NCBI GenBank assembly: GCA_964613785.1
Contig: CAZTJT010000023.1
Span: 1,824 to 65,823 of the forward strand
DNA: 64,000 bases
From: an uncultured Rikenellaceae bacterium
Lineage (GTDB): Bacteria; Bacteroidota; Bacteroidia; Bacteroidales; VadinHA17
Direction: 5' to 3'
Shown: piece by piece, positions 38,880 to 47,708 of the stretch
How the letters are laid out: every line of letters starts with the position of its first letter
How positions within the stretch are numbered: position 1 is the first letter of the stretch
The notes under the pieces: model-generated
What the model saw: only the letters and a program-made list of their open reading frames with translations
The model's database searches: none
What the model was told of the DNA's origin: nothing
Made by a program: the position numbers and the translations under genes

Positions 38880-40442
38880 ATGAATTCCAGAAATTATATA
38901 CTTCTGCAATTCCTTAAAGGCCGCTCTGCAACAATATTTTTTTTTCTTTCAATTCTTATTACCTCAGGATGCAACCGCGATGAAGAACCGCCTCTTGTTT
39001 TTAAACCAATAGACCTTCAGCTTTTCTGTGAAACTCATAAGGGATTCAACCTTCTGGGCAAGTTTGATGCAGGCTGGTCAAATACAGGTTTTCAGGAAGA
39101 GGAGTTTGAAATCATAAAGGATCTCGGATTTAATTTTGCAAGGCTTCCACTCGATTACAGGACCTATACCCAGGCCGGAAACTGGAATGTTTTCATTGAA
39201 GAAGAATGCGCAGAGATTGATGATGCAGTTGAATGGGGTAGGAAATACGGTATTCACGTCTGCATCAACCTTCACAGGGCGCCCGGATACTGCGTAAATA
39301 ATTCAGTATTACCCGCAAACCAGAATCTAGACCTCTGGACAAATCCTGTTGCCCAGGAGGCTTTCGTAAACCACTGGGTCTTTTTTGCTGAGCGCTACAG
39401 GGATGTGCCATATAACGAATTAAGCTTCAACCTGATCAACGAACCCGGAGATATTAATGAAGGGACATATTTCACCGTGATGAAAAAAGCTGTCGACAGG
39501 ATCCAGCGCATTAATCCCGACAGGATCATTTTTGTCGACGGACTGAAACATGGACGTCAACTTGTTCCATCTTTCAAAGGGATAAGGAATATAATACAGG
39601 CTATCCATGTTTATGATCCCGTCACTCTTACCCACTACAAGGCAGGCTGGATCCCCGGTTCCGACTCATGGCCCGTTCCGGTATGGCCAATGACCAATAT
39701 CTCCCAGTATCTTTACGGACCGGTAAAGCCGGATTACCAATCGCCTTTGGTTTTTGAAGGAAGTTTTCCGGTTGGCACGGAGATAACTGTAAATGTTCAA
39801 CAGGTATCGGTCAGGTCCAGTCTTCAGATCAGCCTTGATGGCAGCGAAGTTTACAAAAAGGTGTTTGTCTGCGGTCCCGAACCAGGCGATGACTGGACCC
39901 GGATAATAAGCACCCAGTGGGGCTACCAGAATATTTCAGGCAAAGATTATTCTGTCGTACTTCCTTCAGAGGGGACAAGACTGACTTTTGCAAACATTGA
40001 AGGCGACTGGATGACTTACAATAAGATCACCATCAGATCATCATCCGTAACCGTGGAAATCATTCCTGCAAACACAACCTGGGGCTCAAAGCAGGATACG
40101 TACAAAATTACCTCAGAAGGAAAGATAACCGATGCAGACGGTAATCCGGTTGTTCCGCTTACAAGTCTGACTGATGCATTAGAGCTTGCTGCAGCGGAAA
40201 ATATTCCGGTTATGGTACAGGAATTTGGTGTCTACAACCAGACTCCTTATCCTGTAACATTAGCTTACCTTTCTGATGTGGTATCGATATTGAACAGGAG
40301 CAAAACAGGTTACGCGATGTGGAACCTTATCGGATCCATGGGTATAATCAACAGCGGCCGGTCTGATTGTAATTATGAAGCTTACAGAGGCAGACTTCTT
40401 GACAGGGAAATGACGACAATTATCCAGAGATCAGGAAAATAA
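38880..40442 (+). CDS. GH5 glycoside hydrolase lipoprotein with an inserted domain
   Basis: Lipobox ITSGC; GFNL, FARLP, NLHRAPG, INEP (E188), HVY, QEFG (E448), WN. Confidence 0.88.
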   Translation: MNSRNYILLQFLKGRSATIFFFLSILITSGCNRDEEPPLVFKPIDLQLFCETHKGFNLLGKFDAGWSNTGFQEEEFEIIKDLGFNFARLPLDYRTYTQAGNWNVFIEEECAEIDDAVEWGRKYGIHVCINLHRAPGYCVNNSVLPANQNLDLWTNPVAQEAFVNHWVFFAERYRDVPYNELSFNLINEPGDINEGTYFTVMKKAVDRIQRINPDRIIFVDGLKHGRQLVPSFKGIRNIIQAIHVYDPVTLTHYKAGWIPGSDSWPVPVWPMTNISQYLYGPVKPDYQSPLVFEGSFPVGTEITVNVQQVSVRSSLQISLDGSEVYKKVFVCGPEPGDDWTRIISTQWGYQNISGKDYSVVLPSEGTRLTFANIEGDWMTYNKITIRSSSVTVEIIPANTTWGSKQDTYKITSEGKITDADGNPVVPLTSLTDALELAAAENIPVMVQEFGVYNQTPYPVTLAYLSDVVSILNRSKTGYAMWNLIGSMGIINSGRSDCNYEAYRGRLLDREMTTIIQRSGK

Positions 40443-40568
40443 CTTCCGTGAAACCCCGGTCTGCTCTGTGGAACTCAGTGTTAAAAAGTTATCTGATATG
40501 AAATTACCCGGGCTTTCTTTAACCGGAGTACTTTAAAGTTAAAGGAACCATCGTAAATTAGTAATGCT

Positions 40569-40576
40569 TATATTTG
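40569..40576 (+). promoter_or_regulatory. -7 box (TATATTTG) for the VOC gene
   Basis: TAnnTTTG 37 nt upstream of ATG 40614. Confidence 0.45.
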
Positions 40577-40613
40577 AGAAATGATTATTAACAATTAAAT
40601 AAATCCATTGAAA

Positions 40614-41144
40614 ATGAAAAGAATACTTATTGCCATTGTCATAACCGCAGGGGTGGTATCAGCAGCATTTCACCTTTCAGGAACAGCATCGAAAAATGCG
40701 GTACTCGAATCCAAAACCGTTACCCAGGTTGCCATTATTGTAAAGGATATTGACAAGATACGCACAGCCTGGGCCGATATACTTGGAATAGAGCCTCCCA
40801 CGGTAAGCATTGCTGAAGGTCATTCATCACGGCCCACGAAATACAGGGGCAGCTCTTCGGATGCAAAAGCCAAGCTTGCATTTATCAGAATGGACAATCT
40901 TCAGATTGAGCTTATCGAGCCACTGGGAGGCAACAGCACATGGCAGGAATTTCTCGACAAGAACGGAGAAGGCATACACCACATAGCATTCTCAGTTAAG
41001 AATATTGAAGGTGTTGAAAAGCAATTTGAACTTAAGGGCATCCCGACTGTACAGACAGGCGGATGGGACGGCGGAGCTTATAGCTATATTGATGCCTCCG
41101 GCAAACTGGGCTGTATGCTCGAATTACTTGAAAACTACAGATAG
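40614..41144 (+). CDS. VOC (glyoxalase / methylmalonyl-CoA epimerase-like) protein with a signal peptide
   Basis: MKRILIAIVITAGVVSAA leader; QVAIIVKD, QIELIEP, GEGIHHIAF, LELLE. Confidence 0.85.
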   Translation: MKRILIAIVITAGVVSAAFHLSGTASKNAVLESKTVTQVAIIVKDIDKIRTAWADILGIEPPTVSIAEGHSSRPTKYRGSSSDAKAKLAFIRMDNLQIELIEPLGGNSTWQEFLDKNGEGIHHIAFSVKNIEGVEKQFELKGIPTVQTGGWDGGAYSYIDASGKLGCMLELLENYR

Positions 41145-41151
41145 ATAATCC

Positions 41152-43764
41152 TCAAAAGATTATTTCTACAGGGCCTGTATTCCAGCCTTCCAACACGAGC
41201 CTGATCCCGTCTATTTTATCGGTTGCCTGGCCTTCGGGAAGCACAACCTTTATTTTCTTTGAATCACCGGGCAGCAGAGTGAAATAGCTCTCTGAAAAAT
41301 ATGTAGGAAGGATCAGATTTCCAATTTTGTCAACAACTTTCAGCCTGATGAAGAATGCGGTTTCGTTTTCCGTATTCGCGACTGATACAATGGCATCTTT
41401 TGTACCAGTTCTGCTGACATCCGTCTTCAAATTTACTTTCTGCAGGTCATTCAGTTTTTCATATGATTTTGGCTTGTTTGTCAGCCAGTAGATGTTCTCA
41501 TCAATAACCTCGTTGTTTTCTGAAAGAAGCAGTTTAAGGAAGAATACCTCACTGCCGCCATCAGGCAGCTCCACCTTGTCAAGCAACCTGGTATCATGAG
41601 CGTTGAGATCGAGAGTGTTTTTCCTCGAAAGGATCAGCTTCCCATGCAGATCATAAAGCATCACCTCTGCATTAAGGTTCTTTATGTTGCGGGCAGTCTG
41701 ATTAAGCACGCAAACCAGTGAGTCGTTAAGATTCAGCTGTATGTGAACTGGCTCAGCTCCATGCGCATAACCGAAATAGCCCCCGGTATAATCGAGATAA
41801 TAATCATAAAAGAATCCTCTCAGCGCTGTCCATGGATTCTGGTTCTTCCAGACCAGCATTCCCGTATACCAGTCCCACATTTTGTAATTGAATCCCTCCT
41901 GAAGAGCCCGGTATTGCTCGTAACTGACAATCTGTGCCTTAAAGCAAAAATCACTCACATCCTTCACTTTACCGTAGCGGTCGGGGAAATCAAGCAAGGG
42001 CAGGTATTTATGGTATGACCATGATCCTGAAGCCCTGAAACTGGACGGCGGGGTCATTTCATTTTCCGGAATGATCTTTTTCAGTCCGTCAAAATTGGGG
42101 ATCCCTATTGATCCTGTTTCAGGATTGAAAGGGAATGATCTTTCGGTAAAGATCTTTTCAGGTTCTCTTATTCCATAAGGGCCGTCACCCACACCGCCTA
42201 TTGAATTCGTCATCAGCACTGGTGAAGTTGACATGTCAAGGAAGAATCTTCCAGGGTCATAAACAGGAAAAATTCTGCTCTCCAGTGCTTTCAGAATGTC
42301 CGGCGGAGGGTAGGTTTCGTTTCCGCCGCACCAGAGATAAAGACTTGGGTGGTTTCTCAGCATTTTTATCTGATCGATTACCGATTCGAGAAAAAGATCA
42401 TGATTATCAGGATAAGCTTTTCTCCTGGCCTGTGATTCCTTCTTAAGCGGATCATTCCATTCCCCGTTACAATCTCCTGAGATCCAGATATCCTGCCAGA
42501 CAAGGATCCCGTATTTATCGCATGCATCGTAGAATTCAGGCCTTTCGGTGAGCCCTCCGCCCCACACCCTTATCATGTTCATATTCATTCCGGCATGCAA
42601 CCGGACCTCTGCCTCATATCTTTCCCTTGTGAGCCGTAGTAGTGCATCGGAGGCAATCCAGTTCCCTCCCTTAATGAAAACCTTTTGGCCGTTTACCTTG
42701 AAAACCTGTCCCTTGATCTGCTGATCAAAAGTGTTTGAGGTCTCCCTTATACCGAAAGTTACTGTTTCTGAATCCTGCAGGGTCCCATCAGACAGAACAA
42801 ATTCGATCTTCATCTGGTAAAGCGGTTGATCACCCATGCCGTTGGGCCACCAGAGCCTTGGATTATCCACCCTTATGCTGTTCAATGAAACATTCTTGGT
42901 TTCTAAGGGTGCAAGTGTTATTCTTACAGAGCTTTTATATCCTTCGAATTCAATCCTTAGTATTCCGTTTATTGCATCAGCCGAAGTGTTTATAAGATCA
43001 GCAGATACCTTTACGTATGCCGGATCCTGTTTTGCTCCCGGAACCCTCATGCCGGGCACTTTCGTTTCAATGAAAGGATCCCGCAGATCAACCTTCCCGG
43101 TAGTCTCTATGCTCACCTGGTCCCAGATCCCCGTATTACGATCCCTGATGGGACATATCCAGTCCCAGCCGGCGGTGAACTGCATCGCCACATTTCGGCC
43201 TATGGTGCCATCGCCGCCCTGACCGGCAGCAGCATTGCCTACAGGATCGGGTGGTGATACCAGAACTGCCAGCCTGTTTTTCCCGCCTTTAACCAGAAAT
43301 GGCGTGATCCTGTACTTCTCCCTGAGATACATCCCCTCATGGACTTTTGTGTTCACCCTGTTCCCGTTGAGATAAATATCTGCGAAATAATTTATACCCC
43401 TGAACCTCAGCCACACCTCCCTGTCTTCGCCCGTTTCAGGGATTTCAAATTCGTTGTAAAACCAGTAGGTATAGTGATCCCTTCCCGTATCGTAGACATC
43501 AGGTATCAGATTATTGTTCATGCCGAAAAAAGGATCGGGTATCAGCTTATTATGAAGCAGGGTTGTAAGGACAGTTCCCGGAACAACAGCATCGATCCAT
43601 CCCTGGGGATTGAAATCCTTACCTGTGATTACAGTGCCGTCAATTAATACATCGACAGCTTTTCTGGCTTTCCAGTTGCTGTTCAGAAGGAATGATGACT
43701 GCTGGGAGTAAGTTCCCTGGGAAAAAATAAATATCAAAGAACAGATCAGTAGATTTCGCTTCAT
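41152..43764 (-). CDS. GH2 glycoside hydrolase, close in motif to plant mannosylglycoprotein endo-beta-mannosidase
   Basis: Signal peptide; GWDWICPIRDRNTGIWD, WISGDC, RNHPSLYLWCGGNE, DGPY, FNPETGS. Confidence 0.9.
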   Translation of the reverse strand: MKRNLLICSLIFIFSQGTYSQQSSFLLNSNWKARKAVDVLIDGTVITGKDFNPQGWIDAVVPGTVLTTLLHNKLIPDPFFGMNNNLIPDVYDTGRDHYTYWFYNEFEIPETGEDREVWLRFRGINYFADIYLNGNRVNTKVHEGMYLREKYRITPFLVKGGKNRLAVLVSPPDPVGNAAAGQGGDGTIGRNVAMQFTAGWDWICPIRDRNTGIWDQVSIETTGKVDLRDPFIETKVPGMRVPGAKQDPAYVKVSADLINTSADAINGILRIEFEGYKSSVRITLAPLETKNVSLNSIRVDNPRLWWPNGMGDQPLYQMKIEFVLSDGTLQDSETVTFGIRETSNTFDQQIKGQVFKVNGQKVFIKGGNWIASDALLRLTRERYEAEVRLHAGMNMNMIRVWGGGLTERPEFYDACDKYGILVWQDIWISGDCNGEWNDPLKKESQARRKAYPDNHDLFLESVIDQIKMLRNHPSLYLWCGGNETYPPPDILKALESRIFPVYDPGRFFLDMSTSPVLMTNSIGGVGDGPYGIREPEKIFTERSFPFNPETGSIGIPNFDGLKKIIPENEMTPPSSFRASGSWSYHKYLPLLDFPDRYGKVKDVSDFCFKAQIVSYEQYRALQEGFNYKMWDWYTGMLVWKNQNPWTALRGFFYDYYLDYTGGYFGYAHGAEPVHIQLNLNDSLVCVLNQTARNIKNLNAEVMLYDLHGKLILSRKNTLDLNAHDTRLLDKVELPDGGSEVFFLKLLLSENNEVIDENIYWLTNKPKSYEKLNDLQKVNLKTDVSRTGTKDAIVSVANTENETAFFIRLKVVDKIGNLILPTYFSESYFTLLPGDSKKIKVVLPEGQATDKIDGIRLVLEGWNTGPVEIIF

Positions 43765-43777
43765 GACGTATGATATA

Positions 43778-44950
43778 TTACGATAATTTCCTTATTGAAC
43801 CGACATTATCTTTGATGATCACTCCCTCACCATGGTCGCCGAGGTCGACCATAAGCTCTTTAATGGCCCCGTTATGTTGGACGTTGTCTTTTATAACACA
43901 GCTTTCAAGTTTTTTCATAACAATCCCAAAGTCTGGTGAATAGATGCCTTTGCCGCCGTCGTCCCTTCCCGAATTGAGGGCATTTCCCGTGAAAACAAGT
44001 CCTTTTACCGATTCAAGCCTGACATGGGAGCTGTCATAATCATCGTTCTTACCCCATTCAGGCTTACCGCTCCTGTAGATGACGTTACCGGTAGCAGTAA
44101 TGGTCTCGCAACTCCTCTGGTTCGGCCCGGGAAGGAGAGCTATGCCACATCTGCCCGAACGATCTATATAATTGCCGGTAATATTGTAGTGAGATCCCCC
44201 GTAGATTATTATGCCTCCTTCACGGTTCCACTCGATGCGGTTACCGGTTATTGTATTGGATGCATTTTCATCATACGAGGCATATCCGGCCTTGCCGTTA
44301 CCAGAGAACCAGTTGTCGAGGATGAATCCATCCCAGCCACGTACCCGGAGTCCGCATCCCCTGTTATGGAAACAGTGAGAATGCCTGACACAGAAGCACC
44401 ATATCCTTTCAAGCCTTATCCCATCCCCAGAGAAATTTTCGACCCTGCATGTGTCTATCCTTGGAGTGTCTTCCTGAGTACCATAATCAGGCTTGTCAAT
44501 CAGGATCCCGTGTATCTCCCCGTCAATATTGTTGCCGTTCAGGCACAGTCCGAAAAGATATGCGCCAAATGCACCGGTTAGGTTTATAAGACACTTTCCT
44601 CCGCCTGTGAATGTCAGAATGGTTCCAATGCCTTTTCTGTAGCTCCATGCCGGCATTCCGTAAATTCCGATCCCTTCAGGCACCCTGAGCTCAGAGCAAA
44701 GATAATTGCCCTCAGGGATCATTACCGCTCCATGGGTCGATCCTGCAGTATCCAGGGCTTTCTGAATGGCAGCAGTATCGTCGGTCCTGCCATCGCCCCT
44801 GGCTCCATAATCCCTGACATTAAGCATTCCCGCACCGCCGTTAAAAACTGCCGGACCTGTATTGACAGAAGCCGAAGCCGCAACAGTCGATGCTGCCAGA
44901 ACTGATCCGGCAGATATGAATTTTCTTCTTGAACAGGCTGATTGTTTCAT
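43778..44950 (-). CDS. Tat-type right-handed beta-helix protein (pectate_lyase_3-like N-terminus)
   Basis: SRRKFI leader; NVRDYGARGDGRTDDTAAIQKAL; repeated ITGN/FTGN stacks. Confidence 0.85.
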   Translation of the reverse strand: MKQSACSRRKFISAGSVLAASTVAASASVNTGPAVFNGGAGMLNVRDYGARGDGRTDDTAAIQKALDTAGSTHGAVMIPEGNYLCSELRVPEGIGIYGMPAWSYRKGIGTILTFTGGGKCLINLTGAFGAYLFGLCLNGNNIDGEIHGILIDKPDYGTQEDTPRIDTCRVENFSGDGIRLERIWCFCVRHSHCFHNRGCGLRVRGWDGFILDNWFSGNGKAGYASYDENASNTITGNRIEWNREGGIIIYGGSHYNITGNYIDRSGRCGIALLPGPNQRSCETITATGNVIYRSGKPEWGKNDDYDSSHVRLESVKGLVFTGNALNSGRDDGGKGIYSPDFGIVMKKLESCVIKDNVQHNGAIKELMVDLGDHGEGVIIKDNVGSIRKLS

Positions 44951-45114
44951 GATAATTATATTTGTGATCAGATTAGATGATAAATTTAAGAATACATCCC
45001 GATAGTATGCAGCTTAAATCTGCTTTTCAACTGAAAGAAACAGAAAAAACATGACTTATGAAAAAAATGAACTGATTTCATTGATACGGATGGCAGATTG
45101 TCGCATTAAAAAAT

Positions 45115-45122
45115 TAAATTTG
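45115..45122 (+). promoter_or_regulatory. -7 box (TAAATTTG) for the CBM9-like/ceramidase-like/FAD oxidoreductase operon
   Basis: TAnnTTTG 43 nt upstream of ATG 45166. Confidence 0.45.
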
Positions 45123-45165
45123 ATTTTACCTGACTCTGTTATTTTCTGAACTAAATCAAACATAT

Positions 45166-46335
45166 ATGAAAAGCAATCAGCCAGCCGCTTCAATCATAAA
45201 CAGCCTTTTTAAGGTGACCTTGTTTTTATCAGTCTTAATTGTTGCCGGAGGATGTAAAAGATCTGCAGTCAGTGAAGATTTGTTGAAGTCAGTTATTCCG
45301 CCTGAACCTGATCCCCGGGGCTATGTATGCTTCAGAACCTCGTCTGCCATAACTCCCGATGGAATTCTCGACGAGCCTTCATGGATTGCCGCACCGTGGA
45401 CTGATTATTTTGTTGATATTGAGGGTGATGCAAAGCCCGTGCCGGCTCTTAAAACACATGCAAAACTGCTGTGGGATGATAAAAACCTGTATGTGGGTGC
45501 GGAACTGGAAGAACCCCATGTATGGGCAACCCTCAGACAGCGGGACACGGTTATTTTCTTCGATAACGATTTTGAGGTTTTTATTGACCCCGACGGGGAT
45601 ACACACAATTACTATGAGCTTGAAGTCAATGCCTTTGGAACAGAATGGGATCTTTTACTGACAAAACCATACAACGACGGAGGATTTCCGGTGAACGGAT
45701 GGGATATAAAGGGACTTAAAACAGGAACCCATGTTGAAGGAACGATAAATAACCCTGGTGACACAGACAAGGGCTGGAGCGTTGAGATAGTAATTCCTCT
45801 TGCAGCACTAAGGGAAGCTGCAGGAGTTGCAGGAATGCCAAAGGCGGGAGATCAATGGCGGATCGGTTTTTCACGGGTTCAATGGAGAATGGTGATCGAT
45901 GACGGAAAGTACCGTAAGGAGATTAATCCGGCAACGGGCAGACCATTCCCCGAAGATAACTGGGTGTGGTCGCCGCAGGGAAGGATCAATATGCATATGC
46001 CTGAGATGTGGGGATACCTTCAGTTTTCAGGGTTAACTGCCGGTTCCGGGACGGAAGAATTAACCCCCGACCCTGATCTCAACAGGAAATGGGCCCTGAG
46101 AATGATCTATTACGCGGAGAAAGAGTATTTTAAGAATAACAATAAGTATTCATCATGCCTTAAGAATATCGGACTGAAAAAGGAAGATCTTCCTGCTAAT
46201 GTCCCAACTCCGAAAATAGAAGTCACAAGAACAACTTTTGAGAGTTACTTCCCGTCAGGCAATGAAAAAGGCAACCTGGTTATTTACCATGACGGGCGGC
46301 TTGTTGACCTTACTAAAATCTCAAAAAACAGATGA
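45166..46335 (+). CDS. Carbohydrate-binding family 9-like (DOMON-type) lipoprotein
   Basis: Lipobox VAGGC; DGILDEPSW, LLWDDKNLY, NDFEVFIDPDGD, YYELEVN, WSVEIVIP, WVWSPQG..NMHMPE. Confidence 0.85.
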   Translation: MKSNQPAASIINSLFKVTLFLSVLIVAGGCKRSAVSEDLLKSVIPPEPDPRGYVCFRTSSAITPDGILDEPSWIAAPWTDYFVDIEGDAKPVPALKTHAKLLWDDKNLYVGAELEEPHVWATLRQRDTVIFFDNDFEVFIDPDGDTHNYYELEVNAFGTEWDLLLTKPYNDGGFPVNGWDIKGLKTGTHVEGTINNPGDTDKGWSVEIVIPLAALREAAGVAGMPKAGDQWRIGFSRVQWRMVIDDGKYRKEINPATGRPFPEDNWVWSPQGRINMHMPEMWGYLQFSGLTAGSGTEELTPDPDLNRKWALRMIYYAEKEYFKNNNKYSSCLKNIGLKKEDLPANVPTPKIEVTRTTFESYFPSGNEKGNLVIYHDGRLVDLTKISKNR

Positions 46336-46409
46336 ACCCCTTTATTAATATTGAATGTCAGATAGTTGAATCCTAAAGTATTGAATTGATTATTAAATTC
46401 TGCAGCCAT

Positions 46410-47681
46410 ATGAAGAGTATTTACTGTTTATTTTTAAGTGTTATTATTCTGACTGGTTCACCGACATCCGCATTGTGCCAGATACAGACAGGATCAGGCT
46501 CTCAGATTCTCATGGGAGCAAGCCAGACCAATATAACTCCTGCATTTCCGGTAATGATGAGCGGATATGAGGCACGCAAAACACCCTCAACAGGAGTTCA
46601 TGATTCATTGTTTGCCACAGCCCTTTATTTTAAAAGCCCCACTACATCATTGCTTCTGATTACAGCTGATCTTATAGGGTACAGCAAGGCTTTTGTTGAT
46701 GAGACCCGGAAGAAAATCACAGCAATAACCGATATCCCGGCGGAGAACATTATGATCACGGCAGCTCATAATCATGGAGGGCCAGTTACCAGGGCTTATG
46801 AGAAAGAGGTGCCTGAATCAGTGGAGAAATATGTAAAAGAGCTCCAGGACAAATTCATAAATCTTGCCGTAAGAGCCTCGAAAAAGCCTGTCCCGTTCAG
46901 GATGGGCACAGGTAAGGGAAAATGCACCATGAACATCAACCGTCGGGCTGAGTTTGCAGATGGCAGCATTTGGCTTGGAAGAGCGCCAGATAAACCATGT
47001 GATCATGATGTAACTGTCACAAAATTCGAAGACATGAGCGGAAAACTGCTGGCTGTTTTTATCAACTGGCCATGCCATGCGACAACAAATGGTCAGGATA
47101 ATTATATGATAACGGCCGACTGGCCCGGAGCGGCAACAAGATATATTAAAAAACATACTGGTGAAGGAACAGTTGTAGCCGTAACAGCCGGCGCATCAGG
47201 TGATATTAATCCTATTTACGGGCCAGGCAATGATTTCCGTGAAATAGAGGGAGTGGGATTTCATGTAGGAAGAACGGCATGGGAAACCTATAACAGTATA
47301 GAGACGATGCCGGTTGAATCGCTGGGAGCAGTTTCAGCATTAATGACATTCCCGGGTAAAAAGATGACAAAAGACCATTTTCCGCAAAAGGAATATGAAA
47401 AAGGCCCCGATGTTGAGATCGGATTGATTGTTTTCAAAATAGGCCATCTTATACTTACCGGTATTTCAGGTGAACTGATGAATGAGATCGGAAGTTCAGT
47501 CAAAACCAGGTCACCTTATACTGCCACTGCAATTATAACCCACTGCAATGGTTCAAGCGGGTATATATGCACTGACAAGGCATTCCCCGAAGGAGGTTAT
47601 GAAATAAAAGTTACCCGTCTTATGCCTGGTGCTGAAAAACCCCTGACAGACAAAATGCTGCAGATGATAAACTCGTTGTAA
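46410..47681 (+). CDS. Neutral/alkaline ceramidase-like N-terminal-domain protein, secreted
   Basis: ATG 46410; MSGY, HDSL.A.A, AAHNHGGP, NWPCHAT, GASGDINP, GYI.T...F.EGGYE. Confidence 0.75.
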   Translation: MKSIYCLFLSVIILTGSPTSALCQIQTGSGSQILMGASQTNITPAFPVMMSGYEARKTPSTGVHDSLFATALYFKSPTTSLLLITADLIGYSKAFVDETRKKITAITDIPAENIMITAAHNHGGPVTRAYEKEVPESVEKYVKELQDKFINLAVRASKKPVPFRMGTGKGKCTMNINRRAEFADGSIWLGRAPDKPCDHDVTVTKFEDMSGKLLAVFINWPCHATTNGQDNYMITADWPGAATRYIKKHTGEGTVVAVTAGASGDINPIYGPGNDFREIEGVGFHVGRTAWETYNSIETMPVESLGAVSALMTFPGKKMTKDHFPQKEYEKGPDVEIGLIVFKIGHLILTGISGELMNEIGSSVKTRSPYTATAIITHCNGSSGYICTDKAFPEGGYEIKVTRLMPGAEKPLTDKMLQMINSL

Positions 47682-47708
47682 AGGTTGTGCATTCAATTTT
47701 TTTACTTG

